In this document: one piece after another, positions 63,952-64,000 of the stretch
Position numbering within the stretch: position 1 is the first letter of the stretch
Layout: every line of letters starts with the position of its first letter
Source: Chiloscyllium plagiosum
Taxonomy: Eukaryota
Reading direction: 5' to 3'
Assembly (NCBI RefSeq): GCF_004010195.1
Contig: NC_057755.1
Coordinates: 11,879,660-11,943,659 of the forward strand
Length of the DNA: 64,000 bases
The notes under the pieces: model-generated
What the model was told of the DNA's origin: nothing
What the model saw: the letters and a program-made list of their open reading frames with translations, nothing else
Database searches by the model: none
Made by a program: the position numbers and the translations under genes

Positions 63952-64000
63952 ATGCCGGCTCGACTCAGCCCTCAGCCCGAGGACCCGGAGCCCACGATGG
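63952..64000 (+). CDS. Probable first coding exon (MPARLSPQPEDPEPTM...), possibly a DDX21/DDX50-type helicase; runs off the window
   Basis: gaaATG in CpG-rich context, open to the window end; identity rests only on mammalian STOX1-DDX50-DDX21 order and an MP- start. Confidence 0.35.
   Translation, partial: MPARLSPQPEDPEPTM

Noticed and set aside
1..64000. CRISPR arrays, operons or other prokaryotic systems
   Set aside because: The DNA is eukaryotic, intron-containing and retroelement-rich; no regularly spaced repeat-spacer array was seen

Overview
This is vertebrate genomic DNA, most likely from a cartilaginous fish (inferred from HE1-type V-SINEs and shark-like CR1 LINEs). It contains the last two coding exons of STOX1 (+ strand, 2835-5121 and 9753-9909). 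About 54 kb of heavily nested transposon DNA follows, and the window ends in a GC-rich promoter with a probable first exon (possibly DDX21/DDX50, from mammalian synteny only). The repeats include many CR1 LINEs (one near full length), an L1-clade LINE, a Tx1 3' end, HE1-like SINEs, two nested Gmr1-type Gypsy elements (PR-INT-RT-RH order), a deleted class I endogenous retrovirus and many Penelope-like element (PLE) pieces. The most notable signals are: (i) about ten minimal hammerhead ribozyme cores in PLE termini, including short TSD-flanked palindromic elements, one with a core on each strand; (ii) a PLE insertion that copied about 250 bp of nearby DNA inside a 12-bp TSD; (iii) an antisense retroviral protease plus putative 2H-phosphoesterase fragment embedded in a young CR1; and (iv) a four-level CR1>PLE>CR1>L1 nest. 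Family assignments come from motif recognition by eye, not database searches. Boundaries of degraded repeats are approximate.
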